Source: the human T2T-CHM13v2.0 reference genome, Homo sapiens
Strand: one strand, 5' to 3'
Assembly (NCBI RefSeq): GCF_009914755.1
Contig: NC_060928.1
DNA length: 64,000 bases
Shown: piece by piece, positions 12,635 to 29,047 of the stretch
Layout of the letters: the number at the start of each line of letters is the position of its first letter
Numbering within the stretch: position 1 is the first letter of the stretch
Translations under genes and position numbers: made by a program
The notes under the pieces: generated by a model
What the model was told of the DNA's origin: nothing
The model's input: the letters and a program-made list of their open reading frames with translations, nothing else
Database searches by the model: none

Positions 12635-12801
12635 AATGGACTGTCGTCGTTGTTCTACAGTAAGCTCATCATCAGAATCACTATAGTATTTTGAGTAAAG
12701 ATATGGTTTGTGGACATACGCATGCCGTACACTTTTTGTTTTTCCTTCACTAGAATCACTAGTTTGAGTTTTTGTTTTATTCTGTTTGTTCTTCTCTTCA
12801 T
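12635..12801 (-). CDS. BOD1L1: BOD1L1 exon 6
   Basis: Acceptor cttacag|AT, donor ATT|gtaagt; 167 nt; ...RHAYVHKPYLYSKYYSDSDDELTVEQRRQSI. Confidence 0.95.
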
Positions 12802-13031
12802 CTGTAAGAAAGTTAATAGAAAGAGGAGTATGTCTGTGAATTAGCATAAAATCAACATTATGCTGTACAAGCAGTAAAGGCAAGATGAATTGGAGGTCCA
12901 AAAGGGGAAATATCAGGATGTGAAGATTTCAGAAATTGACTTTTAAAAGCTATAATTCATATTTTTATTTCTTATCAGCTTCTCACACATAAATAAGACA
13001 AAGAAAAATTAGACATTATAGTTACTTATGC

Positions 13032-13408
13032 TATTAAAAGGAAAATTTCAGACAAATTAAATGTAACAGAGTTTTCTGGAGCAAAGAATGATTCATGACT
13101 CAGGCGTTGGAACCAGGAGAGGTTCTGAGAGCTCTGCTTCGCAACACCAGCAGTGTGCTTTCACAGGCTGAACACAAAAGCAGAGGAGACACATGACTGG
13201 ACTGGCTGCAGCCAGATGTTTGCCTTATTTGAATATGATCTGGTGGAAAGTCCCTAGTTAGAGGTTAATTGGAGGTTTCTGATGAGCTAAGTTTAAATTC
13301 TGTTTTACTATTTAGACTGGGCTTCAGTTTGCCTTTGTAGGAACCCAAGGCACTGGAGCTATCTCTCAGCCTAACAGCCTCCATCTGCGCCTCAGAGTTC
13401 TCTTGACA
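13032..13408 (-). mobile_element. ERV1 solo LTR (MER93/MER57-like)
   Basis: AAAATTTCAGACAAATTAAATGTAACAGAGTTT...GCCTTATTTGAA motifs typical of the MER57/MER93 group. Confidence 0.6.
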
Positions 13409-14312
13409 AACAATTCTTATTTGTCACTGGACTTGATATTTATGCTTTACCATTGTTAAGTTCAACAAATCCACTGGAAGTTGTAGTTTAAAATAAACTT
13501 GAGATTTTAATGACCACCTCTGAATTTCTCATTTAGGGAAGAGGTGGGAATTAATAACTGGAAGGTAATTTGCTTTGCTTTGACACAGCAAGAAGAAAAA
13601 AAAAGTAAACAAGGTTTTCACTTCCTACCATGTACTCTTAAAATAGCCATCTTCTTCTCACTTTTTAAATCCCATACATATAAAATCTAGTCTTACCAGG
13701 AAAAAACTTAAGAAGACCCAAAAAGGCAACAAGAATTAATTTTAGTTAGGGCAGAGAAAGTGGAGTGTTCACAGAATAGGGAGCACTCTTCCTACACAGG
13801 TAATGCAGAGCTGACCTCATGAGGACAGATATGACAATTAGGAATTACTGCTGCTGCTTTTTTTAGTTTGTGAAATTGAAGAAAAAAAAATGGGAGGCAT
13901 TGAGAAATACCTCTATGGTGTTAAAAGCTTATACTTTTTCTCCTCTATGATTTTCTCTCTAGGTAGCCTATCCGAAAGCTGGCAACAAATTTATAAGATG
14001 CTCTCTACAGGCAGTTGCAAATAAAACTCAATATTTTTATTACTCCTAAACTAATAGTCCTAAACAGAATTTAATCATGTGGTAAGAGCAACATAAGATA
14101 TTGGTAAGAAGCACAGACTCGGGTTTGAAATCTGCACTGGTGCTCACTAGCTACATGACTGGACAAGACATGGTCTCTCTGTGACTTTGTCTCCTTGCCT
14201 GTACCTACTTCCTGGGGTGGTTCTGAGGACTATAGGAGTTATTACATGAATGTCCTTAGCACAGTGCCTGGAAGACAGGAAGTGCTCAGGAGGGGTTTTC
14301 TGAAAAACAAAC

Positions 14313-14921
14313 TGTATTATAAAGAATTCAGCCTTGCCCAGAGAGGTCTGGCCTTTACCATTAGCTTCTGGGAGGTAATCTCTAAGCCTCTGGAATGCTA
14401 TGCCTGACTGGAGTGTTTCAGAGTGCGAAGGCTCTTGAGTCAAGCTAAACAGTCTAACGATGTGATTTAGGGTCGGAGTGTTGGGTCATGGAGTAAGAGT
14501 TTGACCTCTAGAGGGGGTAGAGACTGAGACCAGCCATATGGGCAGCCAACTCTGACTACATGCTAGAGCCTCGGTTAAGAACTTTGGATCCCAAGGCTCT
14601 GGTGAACTTCCCTGGTTGGCAATATTCTGCATATGTTGTCAGACATCAATGCAGAGGAAGTAATTCAAGGGGGAACAATTGGAAGTAACTGTCTGAAACT
14701 TTCCTGGACTCTGCCCTGTGTGCCTCTTCCCTTGGCTGATTTTAATCTGAGCACCTTAACTGTAAACAACCATAGCTGTGAGTATACCACCTTTCGGTAA
14801 GTTCTATGAGCCCTTTTAGCAAATTATCAAATCTAACGGTGGTCTTAGGGAACCCGGAACTTGCAACTGGTGCCATTAATTGAGGGCAGTGTTGTGGACT
14901 ACGCTGTCCCCAAATGTGACA
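14313..14921 (+). mobile_element. ERVL solo LTR (MER77/MER21-like)
   Basis: TGTATTATAAAGAATTCAGCCTTGCCCAGAGAGGTCTGGCC start; CTTCCCTGGTTGGCAATA and CTTCCCTTGGCTGATTTTAATCTG motifs. Confidence 0.7.
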
Positions 14922-15212
14922 CACACAAATAAAAAGCATCTTCATATATTTATCTCCTCTAAATTTTAAATTAATAATAATACTAGGGGATAGAGTTAAG
15001 GAATGAAGAACCAAGGGTTGTTGAGATTTAGTAACTTACCAAGCTTGCTCAGACAGACAACTTTGGAGCTGGGACTCAGAAACAAATCTTCCAACTACAA
15101 AATCCCATGCTCTTGCTACTATACCACACTGTTTCTCAGGATATAGCCATCAGAATATACAAATAATGCTTGACAGGATGCTTCAGAGGCATTATTATGT
15201 AAAATGCTTTAC

Positions 15213-15362
15213 CATCTGACGTAATCTCTCCTTCTTCCATGCTATCAGACGTTACAACTTCCTCCTCAGTATCTTCTTCAAAAGATGAAAGGTCACTGGT
15301 ATGAACAGAGCTAACTGTGATGTCTGTAAGTCCATCCACATCAGAATCTATCAAAGAGAAAT
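15213..15362 (-). CDS. BOD1L1: BOD1L1 exon 5
   Basis: Acceptor ttttcctcttgaag|AT, donor G|gtaaag; 150 nt; acidic DFSLIDSDVDGLTDITVSSVHTSDLSSFEED... Confidence 0.94.
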
Positions 15363-15896
15363 CTTCAAGAGGAAAATAAAACACAGAAAAAAAAATCATC
15401 TTATTATAAGAACATACTCAGAGCTCAATTACTAAATTACACTTAAAATTTTCTGCTTTAAATACGTGTCAAACTATCAAACAAGGCAGAGTGGTTTCCA
15501 GAAAATACAAAGGCAAAGTAGACTTCTGTAAAAATAACTAAACTATTAATTTATAATGTATGATATAATAATAAAATGAATTTTAAGTAACTGAAGTATT
15601 TACTACCTAATAAAAATTAGGATATCCAACTATGAACTAAGTTGCTTAAAATAATGTATGTGAATAAATTATAAGACAAATTATAAATTAATAACTTCTG
15701 TTAATTTACTCTGTGAACAGATATATGAGTACACAAAAATACAAATATTTATTGCTTTTTTTCTTAAGCAAAGGGGATATAAGTTTCCAAAAGTATTAAA
15801 TAAACTTATTAAAATATGAAGGCAAATTTGATACTTCCCTGATCCCAAAACACTCTGTTCTTTAAACTTTGTAGATGTTTGCAAGTTTTTATATAC

Positions 15897-16511
15897 CTTC
15901 TTTTGTCCCTTCAACAGTTTTAGCTTTATTACTGTTCTTTTCTGAAGGAAGTTTTAAACTCTCTACTTCTTTTTCCTTTGCTTGTTTTTCATCTTTAACT
16001 TTCTGTGTATCTTCACTCTTTTTTGAGTGATCAAATTTCTTTTCAGTCTTTTCCTTCTTTTCTTTCTTTCTTTCTCCTTTCTCATTGCTGTCTGGCTTCT
16101 TTTCACCTTTGTCTGTTGATTTATTTTTTTGCTCACTGCTTTCCTGTTGAACATCCTTATTTAGCAGAATTAAATTATTATGCTCTTTTGTGTAATTTTT
16201 AATTTCTTCGACTGGACAGGGGAGGTCGCTGAACTCTTCAGACTTTGGGGCTGTTTCCAGTCCTTCACCTCCAGAGTCAGCTGTAGATTTTTCTTTATCA
16301 GCCATGTCCTCTGAAGTTCTTTCTTTGTCAGTACTAGTATCAGTGGTTGGCTGAGATGGAAGTTTTTTTGACGCTCTCTCACTGGTCTTGGCATTTGATG
16401 TTTCTGTTGAAGCCCTAGCAGCACTGGCTTCTTGGTTAAGAGAAGTTATGGTTTCCAATATCGACATGGCATCATTGGCTACATTAGCACTGGGCCCAGG
16501 AGTAGGAACAC
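15897..16511 (-). CDS. BOD1L1: BOD1L1 exon 4
   Basis: Acceptor ttctttaag|GT, donor G|gtatat; 615 nt; K/E/S-rich (ORF 15889..16467); phases match the neighbouring exons. Confidence 0.95.
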
Positions 16512-17012
16512 CTTAAAGAAAAACAGAAGTTTTAGAATACATTTAATCAGAAGGAAAATACCTCTGCTAAATCAATACCACATGCCATTGTCATCTTTAT
16601 ATGATGCATATGCTGTGCAGACCATCTGTATATTCTTTTAGACTTTCAGGTACCAGTACTAGTATATACCATATTCTGAATTATCTACCTCTCTAATATA
16701 TTATCTTAGCGAGGGCACCATGCAAATCTGAGGAGTTGTCTACTTCCTAGAAAAAGACTATATTCTCTAATTATTTTAGTTATTCCTTCTATTATCATAC
16801 TCACACTCACATCACATTACTACAATGCTTATTATTTTTATTAATCTAGAAAACGAAATGTTATGGCAATTGAGGAATTTAGGTGATATTTAAAGTACAA
16901 TTTCATTGGAATAGCCAAATTAAAAAATGTGTTAAAGAGCCAAGTATCCCTAACTTGATATTCAGTTCAAGAAGAAAAACAATGGAACTGACCAAGAGTA
17001 AAAGCAAAGCAC

Positions 17013-17203
17013 CTTGTGTAATAAGGGAAGTGTCTGGTTTCTCATCATCGGGAGCTGTGTTGCCACTTCCTTCCTCTTTGTGATTTAGCGTGGCCAAAAA
17101 CTCATGCACAGCTTTCTCTACCTGAGGTCTGAATGTGTGGTTGATCTTTGGGTCCACAACCTGAGAAATAATTCGGTCAATACCAGACTCCAACATTCCT
17201 GAT
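17013..17203 (-). CDS. BOD1L1: BOD1L1 exon 3 (end of Shg1 domain)
   Basis: Acceptor tttcag|A, donor G|gtgctt; 191 nt. Encodes SGMLESGIDRIISQVVDPKINHTFRPQVEKAVHEFL... (ORF 16903..17214). Confidence 0.96.
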
Positions 17204-18664
17204 CTGAAACACAAGATAATTTATGGAAAGGTGAAAAAATAATATATTATTTGCATTAATTACTTTAAAATAACACTCTACAATCTGTCATCTATCTATC
17301 CATCCATCCAACCTTAAATTGTCCCAATCCATTTACTTGGATATAGACAATGGAAACTAAGTTTCATGCTACAGTAGCATTTAGATATACCATACTATAC
17401 AAGTCTGTAAACTTTTCTACCACTGTGTCACTAGTGGAAATACTGAAACAGACAAAACAAAACACCCTTAGAACTAGACACAGTACACTGCCTAGGGTCC
17501 AGTATAGAGGTGATGCTTATCTCACCCCTACTCTGCTCATGGCATATAGGAATATGCTCATTAAAAAGCTGAGTTCTGGGTATAAAATAAACCTATGGTC
17601 TCTACAACTTTTTTTAACAGAAAAAATGTAAGCTTTTTATAAGCATTAGAGTCCCCAGAAAAAAAACAACACATACAAAATATGATTTCATCAAATTGCA
17701 AAATCAAAGAAGGAAAACTTTAGAGAAAAAAATTTGGAGAAACAAGACTTCTGGCTTTCTATTATCTTCCCGCTGTAAAAACTGGATGATTTATTCATTC
17801 AACAATTACGTTATAAGTGTCTTCTATATAACAGGCACTATGCTGGCCACTGACAGCTACAAATTGACCTGGTCCCTGTTCTGGATGGGGATGTAGACAC
17901 AAACAATCAAGACATGAGATGACAGGCACTAGTACACAACATGTACTATAGGAAAAGAGAGGAGTAAGAAATTATTTGCTTATTAGAGGAATAAGAAATT
18001 ATTAGATATGTCGAAGATAATTTAGGAGTGCTTCATAAAGGAGAAGACATTTGAGCCAAGTCTTCATTTCTACAGAAGAGAAGGGGAAGAAAGACACATG
18101 GAGTTAAGGAAATATCATATACAAGAGACAAAAGAGCGATGAGGACAACAATCTGTGAAATGTGCTTCTGCACAAAGGCATCTGAGTAAAATAAGAGAAC
18201 GTGAATTTATTTTAAGAAACACACTTAAATCTTGTTTCTTCCTAAAAAAGAAGTGGAGGAGTCAAGGTAGTCAGGATAGTGCTGGAAGATCAAAGTGCTC
18301 GTCATTTTTAGCTTCTAAGCCTCAACTGCTCTCTATGGAATGGATGAGGAGCCATCTTTCCTTACACTTTACAAATGCTATTTTTGAGTGCACTTCCATC
18401 TGGAGTGCAGGATGGATTAGTTTTTCATTTCTGGAAGCACCTTGTCGCCTTGTGAAACTATAATTCTACTTATGTGGGCCATAGAGAAAAATGAGCCAAC
18501 TCAGCACAAAGTAGGTTACCTGCTTTTTAAAGATTAAAAAAAAATGCAAATCTTGCAAACACTGTTACATCTTAGAGGTGTATTTAAAATGTAGTAGGTA
18601 GAAAAGAAATAAGAAAAAGCAATCTTAAAAAAGGTTTTAGGGTACAAGTAAAAAGGTACAAAAA

Positions 18665-18993
<329 letters not shown>

Positions 18994-19396
18994 TTAAACT
19001 ATCCACTCCCAAATTTTTGCTTCAGTCTCTTTCTCTGTTTGCCTATGTTCCAGCCTCTTGTTTTGCAAACAAACAAAACACTTCTGCTTTAGTCCTTTCT
19101 CACACAGAGGTCAGCTCTAATCTTACAGAAAAATGGAGTCCAGTACCAATGATCATACTGCACTTAGCGGCCATAACTGCCTCACCCAAGTGGGGAGAAG
19201 CTACAGCCCTAGGTCAACGGCAAAGCCAAAATGCCAACAGCTGGCGTTTTTCTGGTTAAAGTTACTTCCTTGTCTTCCTTTCAAATTATGTTTAGCTAAG
19301 TTCGTTATTCAGTTACCTAGGATTTTCAGATTCTGTTGTACAAATAAAAGCTTAAGTAGAATAAAATTTTCCCTCCTACTGAGTCAGCAGATCAGC

Positions 19397-19479
19397 TATT
19401 AAGTTGAACCATCTGAAATTACTGGTATTAGACCATTTTTGTCTTACAAAAATGGCAAGTGCAGATAGCTCAACCTAAT
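19397..19479. mobile_element. MADE2-like mariner MITE
   Basis: TATTAAGTTGAACCATCTGAAATT...CTCAACCTAAT, an ~80-bp palindromic element. Confidence 0.65.
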
Positions 19480-20667
19480 GGAGTCAAGTGAGTATGTCTC
19501 AAAGCATATGTACAAAAAACTGTTTGAAATTATATTTATTTACAGGGGCTAGTCCACCCCTATACCTTCAGATTGAACATAACTAAATAATCTCTTTAAG
19601 GAAGCTTTAAAATGTTATTATCAGTATCATCCAAGAGAAGGCAGCTGTCTTCCCTCTTTCAAAATGTCTCCAGAAAAAGAGATTCCTCATTACTCATAGG
19701 CAAATTGCTCCAGCATTTAATCACTGACACAGCCACAAGAACCCCTGACCTCGCACCAAACATGATTTTGTGATCACAATATCTTACTGGTACAGCAATA
19801 ATTTTAAGTGCTTAATTTTCACATGTGTAAGACTTAGTTCCCTTAAATAAAAGAATGACTGCTCCCTTACCTTATAGATTTTATACGCTATAAAAGTAAA
19901 TGCAATTCTAAGAAGTTTGCCTTCAATCTGAGTGTCAATATATGAAGAAAAAAAATGCCAGACTCCCAAAAAAACATGCTTTTAAAGCAATGCAATCATT
20001 TGTGAACAGGGAGGTGGCTATGCAAATCACTGAATGAAAGTAATCAGTAGGGCTCTGTATAAATGTGTGTGAAGGGGTGCTCTACCCTACCTCCACTCCC
20101 TTATCCCCTAGTCCTAAGCTATTTTGGTCATTGTTCTCTTTGAAAGCCTTTGTGGAAACTACAGGCAGCGGGCCTGTCACCCAACAGATCTTTTTTGTTT
20201 CTACTTTTTCTAGAAACAGCTTTGACCTTTTCCCACCAGGTATTATTATGCAGCCTTCTAATGGCATCTTTTGATCTCACCTGGACTCTTTTACAGGTTC
20301 CTCAGACATCCTTTAAAATGTAGACAACAAAGCTATTGTGAATTTCCCTCTTCTCTTATGCACAAGGAGACACTGTCTGAGCCCCCAGGCTTCTGGTTTC
20401 TAGTATTACCTGTGGCTAAATAGGTTTGTCTTTTAGTCAGGGTGTGAATTTTGATTTGTGGGGCTTCCTGTTGGTTGAAACTATCAGACTAGATAGGCTT
20501 TCGAGAGGTTCCTATGGGACAAAAGGAAATTAAGAGGTGGCAGGTATAAAACAGATTTGTTTAACTGTTAAAAAAAAAAAAAAGCTACACTTCATTCTCA
20601 AAGATGTACTTGAACATAAATACTTGTCAAGTCAGGGAGACTGGATGATCTCTAAATAACTTAGTCA

Positions 20668-21028
<361 letters not shown>

Positions 21029-21647
21029 AGTAGAAGACCGTAAATCTAGTTTCCTAAGGATGCTCCAAATATTCGAGTTCTTATAATTGTCATTACCTTA
21101 TGTTCACTCAAAATGGCTCTGACAAGTCCAAACACTTTGAGGGGAGGTGGGGAGCTATATCATTCATAAACAGCAGTTAAAAGTCATAGTAAAATGCAAA
21201 AGACGGGGGCACTGTATTAAAAGAAGACGTGGCCTCAAATCAAGAGAGAATATTTTAATTTCAGTAATCTTTAATGTCTTTATTTGTAAAATAAGAATAA
21301 TAAAGCCTGCTTGCTCTCTTAGGGTCAAGAAAATAGTTGTGAAGGCAACTGTATATATCATCTATTAATATTATATCTAGATTTTTTAGAAAGTCATACT
21401 GTTATTTCCTTCCTTCAAATATTTCCAAAGGTCTATAGGAACAATCAGACTGTTAAAATGTATAAGAACATGTGAAGTGATTAGACCCAAATCCAAAATT
21501 ATGCTACATCACACGAAATAGCCACACCAAATCCAGTAAAATTGTCAACATCATTAGGTGAACAAATATGTATGTAATGCCTCCGCTTTCAGGCAAAGTA
21601 GGTTAGGACATTTAAAACCTGCCCAGAACTCTATCTCTGAGACTTAC

Positions 21648-21772
21648 TTGAGGACTTGTTGTCTAATGTTGTTTCTTAGCTGGTTCTTATTGAGATGCGG
21701 ACTCCATGTGTGAGTTGCCAAGTGATTTGCAACAAAGTTGTCAACACGCTGTCTCAGATTCTGATACGCAGG
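21648..21772 (-). CDS. BOD1L1: BOD1L1 exon 2 (Shg1 domain)
   Basis: Acceptor ctctctag|CCT, donor AA|gtaagt; 125 nt. Encodes PAYQNLRQRVDNFVANHLATHTWSPHLNKNQLRNNIRQQVL in frame with exon 1. Too short to appear in the ORF track. Confidence 0.96.
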
Positions 21773-22583
21773 CTAGAGAGAAAAAAACGAAGGTAAGTCT
21801 TCAAGGTTATACAGTATCAATATTCACCTCTCAGAAAAGTATTTTTACCATGGGACAACAAAGTTTCACAGTTTCTGACAATTCTGCTTCAAGATAACTT
21901 ACACTCATTCAAATACTACTTATTTTGTGTAAGACAAGGTGTTTGGAGATATGAGGAATATAAAGAAGAAAGATACACCTCTTATTTATAGACAAAGGAC
22001 TGGAAAATAAGACACGAACAAGTGTTATTATTAGATGATTTGGAGTAAAAAAGGGAGAAGAGCTGAGGAAGCATGCCTTCACTGAAAATGTGCCATTTGA
22101 GCTGGAAAAATCAATTGCACAAGGAAGCTGGGAATAAGAATGGCTGGCTTTGCTCATACAGTCAATGTAAACAAAGAGCAAGTGGATGAGCAAACTGGAG
22201 GCCAGGAGCATTTAGTGAGCCTCCAAATTGGTGGTCCAATTTGGCTATAGAAGAGAATACAAAAAGCAGAGAAATGAGGTTAAGACAGAGAGGTTGGGGC
22301 CAGGTGCTAAAAAGCTTTGGTTACTTGTACAAGTTTGGAATTACAGGGTAGAGAATGGGAGCCCACTGCACATATGGGCAGAGTGATAGAACAGCTAAGC
22401 TTTCTGATGGTTAATCATCCTACAGTGCAAGAGTAAAGAGACACAAAATACTTTAGGAAAGCATGCAATAAACTACAGTGAGGAAGGTCTTTACTGGGGT
22501 GGCAGAAACCAGCTAATGGCATAGACCCAAGAGAAATTATTGAGGGACAACTACTTGAACTAGGCATTAAATCTGAGGTAAGG

Positions 22584-22805
22584 CAATGGTTCTCTACCAA
22601 GAAGGATTTCACTCTCATCCCCCAAGGGACGCTTGGCAAGGTCTGGAGACATTTTAGGTTGTTACAACTGATGAGAGTGCTATTGGCATCTAGTGGGTCA
22701 AGGGCAAGGATGCTACTGAAGATCCTACAATGCATAGGACAATCCCCCGACAGCAAAGAACTATCCAGCCCCAAATGTCGACAGTGCTGAGTCTGAGAAC
22801 CCTTG
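22584..22805. mobile_element. MER20 hAT-Charlie DNA transposon
   Basis: CAATGGTTCTC...TGGCATCTAGTGGGTCAAGGGCAAGGATGCT...GAGAACCCTTG. Confidence 0.85.
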
Positions 22806-23571
22806 ATGTGCTCCCTGAGGGGAACATGGAGGGGAACACATATTACATCATCTCTACCTGAAGGGGCATTGCCTGGAAGGAATATGTGACCAAGCACTCA
22901 GCACTGCACTCCATTTCTAGAGGCTGTCTCCCAACACTGATGTTCTTTCTACCTTTCTTCTATACAGCTTTTAATGTGGATGAGTTTGAGTGTCCCTGAC
23001 TGATATTAAGCAAGCACTGTATAGCCTCACCTTCTGCCATTTGCCTCCTTTTAGCTTCAAAGTTTATACTCCAGTGAGAAATTCTCATATCTGCACCTAC
23101 CATCCTGCAACTACCATTCCCTCTGGTTGTCCATCTGACAAACTTCTCACCTTCAGAGCTCACCCTAATCTGTGAAATCATCTTGACACCGAAGGTAGGC
23201 TTATGGGCTCTTCATCCACGCTCCTACTGTTTTCTATACATGCTACCATTCGAGCAATTCTTGCACTACATTGTATTTTCAGAAGCAAGGCATATTTATC
23301 CTCCATTGATGTGTAAGCCTCCTCCTCTATCTCTCTTACAATTTGTTTTCATATAGCCTATCACACTGCTTGGCAAATGAGCAATTAAAATATACTTGTT
23401 AGCTGAATGGGTAACTATCTCTAACACAGAATGACAAACATTTTATCCCTCTGATGCCCTTTCATCAGTTCCAATTTTCAGGCCTTTGCTGATACTTATT
23501 TCCTGTCCTACATGATCATTTCCTATGTGCCTGTCCATTTATCCAAAATCGATATGAACTAAAATTAATTC

Positions 23572-23868
23572 TTTTTTTTTTTTTTTTGGCAGAGTCTTGC
23601 TCGATTGCCCATGCTAGAGTACAGTGGTGTGATCTCGGCTCACTGGAACCTCCACCTGCCGGGTTCCAGTGATTCTAGTGCCTCAGGCTCCTGAGTAGCT
23701 GGGACTACAGGCATGCGCCACCACACCTGGCTAATTTTTGTATTTTTAGTGGAGACAAGGTCTTGCTATATTGGCCATGTTGGTCTTGAACTCCTAACCT
23801 CAAGTGATCCACCTGTCTCGGCCTCCCAAAGTGCTGGGATTACAGGTGTCAGCCACCATACCCAGCCC
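23572..23868 (-). mobile_element. Alu in intron 1
   Basis: Alu dimer; TSD about TAAAA(T/C)TAATTCTT. Confidence 0.92.
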
Positions 23869-24219
23869 TAAAACTAATTCTTAATTCTTTCTCCCCAATG
23901 ATTCTAAAGCCTAATTCTTCTTTCCGGTATTCCCAAATCTAACACACATTCATTAGGCTCTAACATCACAATGCATTTGGCATTCTAGTCTAGTCTTCCC
24001 AGAACAAGTTCAAATCTGAACTACTCAACAGGTAATTTTCCTTGTTTTCAAGCTCTCCTTTCAGTAAAAAGTTGAGCAACTAGAGAAATATTAAGTATTC
24101 ATTGAGAAGTATTCTCCTAGGAACATGTATGTACCCACATGTACACATATATACACACACACATATATTACACATACTTCCACCCTTTCTTCCTTTTCCA
24201 GTGCTTTGGTGAAAAGCCT

Positions 24220-25012
24220 TAGAGTTATCCTTGAGTCCTCCCTTTGTCTTCTACTTCACATGCATACTATTAGCAAATTCTCTCAACAGTAGCATGAAAA
24301 TACACCCAGAATCTGACCACTTCCCACTACCTTTACTGACCTCAATCTGTTCCAAGGCATTCTCATCTGTCTGAATTATAACAACTGGCCTCATGCAGAA
24401 TTCTATCCTTACCTACAACAAAGTTGTCTTCTAAAAATCAGGTAACCATGTAATTTATTGACCCATTCAAATCACAACTTAGCAAGAAAGGGGAAGCTAT
24501 TACACGTGGTCAACCCATCTGAAATGGAAGTCAGATCATGTCCTTCTTTTGCTCAAAACCTGCCAATGGCTTCTGAGCTCGAGTAAAAGCCAAGGTCTTC
24601 TGATGGCTCCCAAGACCTGCCAGATCTGTGAAGGCATACCTACCTCACCTCTTGTCACTTTCCCCTTAGTGGGTCTGTCTCAGCTCTTCTATACTTGCTA
24701 TGCTCTCTTCTTGGAATGCTCAAGCCCCAGACAGCTGCATTGCCCCTTCAATTCCTTCACAGATGGCTCAAGTATCATCACATTGAAACCTACCCTGAAC
24801 AGCTTATTCGAAATAAAACAGTAAGCCCATCCATCCCTCATCTTGCTTTTTTCCATAGGACCTACCATACATTACTTGTTGTCTATTTTTTTTTTCTACT
24901 AGGATGTAAGCTCCATAACAGTGGGATGTTTGGTTCACTGCTGTATCCCTGGCACCTAAAAAAATGACTGGTACATAAGAGTTGCTCAATGAATGTTTGT
25001 TGGGTGAATAAA
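24220..25012 (+). mobile_element. L2 LINE 3' fragment
   Basis: GTAAGCTCCAT...TTCACTGCTGTATCCC...GGTACATAAGAGTTGCTCAATGAATGTTTGTTG, the typical L2 3' end. Confidence 0.7.
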
Positions 25013-25367
25013 TTGACCAGGGGCCATTTATAACTAAGAAAGTGTCCAAAAAATCAGACTTTCTTACTTGACAAGAGAGGTACCATATTTACCTGGCTGG
25101 CGAGCTCCCTGAAGGGCCTCTTGATCATCCCTCCTCACACGCTCCAGATGCTAATCAGTGCAAAGGAGACAGAATGGCTTTGTAACCACTAAGCTTGCTC
25201 CAGAGATCTGGAAACTGGTAGTCTATAACGGAGGAGTCTTTGCAGTAGTTGGAGCTTAGGGTTGCCCATGGTTCCATTTCTTTGGGTGGGAAGGGCTGAT
25301 TTGGTCTGTTACAGTCAGATCTCTCTCCTGGTTAAGGACTATCAATGACCCTGGACAGTTTGGAGGG

Positions 25368-26712
<1,345 letters not shown>

Positions 26713-27756
26713 ATACTGTTGCTTTTTAAAGTTCCTGCATCTGTGGCTGAATATGTCTTATTACTAGAAGAAGGGTTGATCATCAATTCTATTCCTATTT
26801 CTAATTTTTATAGTCATGCGCCCTGAGAAACCTTGTTCATATAAACAAGTACTGTGCCTCGGAATGGAAGAGTTTTGTTGTAACAATATCATTCAATTCT
26901 TGACCTCAAAAAAGAGGCTAAGAACATTAAAATAGGTTCTTATTCCATGGTTCCTGAACTCACTGAAACTGTATATGTTATTAGATTGATTCTCATGAAA
27001 TTGCCTATAGTTGACCATTCTGAAGTAGAAAAACAGCGTTTTAATGTGTTACTTGCGCATTTTTCTTGAGAGAAGGTCCTAACTTTCATTAGATGATCAG
27101 AGATACTGTGCTTCCCTCCTTCCCTCCAAAAAAGGTTTTAATCCTTTACTTTGAAGGGTCTGGCAGGGATATTATAGACACATACCAATAACATTTTGTG
27201 GGAATAGGATAATAAAAAAGTTGAGCCTCAGACATTGCAGCAGTACATTACAATTTTTAATTTGTATACATAATGATTCATGGGTTTCTGAGAACACACA
27301 GATTCATGGGTTTCTGAGAACAGCAAAGTAAAAATTCCACTTGTTGAATACGAATAACTAACTTTATTTGATAACATTTACCTGGCCATGTCTAACCTTT
27401 TCCCATTAAATAACAACAAAAATAATAAAGGCAATAGAAATTATTTCTAAAAGGTAGCAGTGCATATTCCTGAAGACAAAAGTAAAAAAAACTATACTTC
27501 CTAAATAGATGAACACTCCCAAGTGAATTGAATTCTCTGTGGTGCAAAACCTCCAATATCCCGAAAAACCACGTTTTACATAGTGGGCCCAGTATGAGTC
27601 CTTATAAAGGAAGATGTACCAGGATATTCAAGAGTTTCCCCAGAAGACATAGTGGAACTGTGTGCAGTTCACCTGAAAGCTTTAGAAGAAACTGTGGATG
27701 TTGTAAACATGCATTTCTCAAAGATACAAAGCTCCTCAGAACAACTAAACATACTA

Positions 27757-28094
<338 letters not shown>

Positions 28095-29047
28095 TTAACA
28101 AGCAGACAAAAACAACCCCTACAAACCAGTTAATTTTCCAACATGCTTTCTGCTTCCAGAATTCTAGACTGTACTGTGGTTTTCCATCCATCTCACTGAC
28201 TGCTCTTTCCTGGTGTCTTTGGCTAATTCTTTGCCAATCCAGCTAAGTTTACTTGTTCCTGCTAATGTCCCTTTCACTCTGACATTTGGTACAAAATCCC
28301 TTCCCCTTTCCAGCCTCTCTTTCTGGACAGGGAACCTTGTTGCTGTCCTTTCCCTTCTCTACATTACTCTCCTGAATCTGCTCTCTTTCCTGTCCTTTCT
28401 CCACTTCAGTATCTGCTGTCACCTCTCCTGCATCTTTTCTCCACTGAATGACTCGGTTCTCTCTACCCCACCTTCCTGTCCCTTCTTACCTTAGAATGGT
28501 GACATGGCCTAAGTTACCTAAATCAGGCAATCACTGCTAGAAACAATACTAAAGTCCTGTCTCAGGTTTGCCTCCTTATCTTTGCGCTCCCACCCCCACG
28601 ATGTCCAGCAAAGCATATTACACATAACTTGATTCAATTACCATTTAGTCATTTCTCCAAAGGATAAAGGCCCTTACCGCCCAGAAACCTTCAAGAAAGA
28701 AGGCAAACATAACTTCGATACAAAGTAAAATCATCAGATATGAGAATGAATACAAAACTGGCTACTGTTAGCGCCACTGTTTCCAAACCAGTTCCTGTAA
28801 GAACAATGCCTTAGTCTTGCTCATCAGACCGGGGTAATCACTGTGCCGAAACCATGACTGGCACGTAGTAGGTACTTAAACACTAGTCGGTAAAACGAAC
28901 CAAAGGACACGCTAAGGAATGAACACTCTGTGCTTTGCACAGTCCGTGGCACACAGCTGCAGCTCCAAGAGGAAGCCACTGCAAAAGAAGCGCGCCCTTG
29001 GGTCCTCCCCTTCCCTCGCAGACCCCCAAACCCGGCGCGCTCCTAAC

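Noticed and set aside
20060-20560. Possible ERV-internal fragment in intron 2
   Set aside because: The composition is suggestive, but I cannot assign a family or boundaries without a Dfam search.
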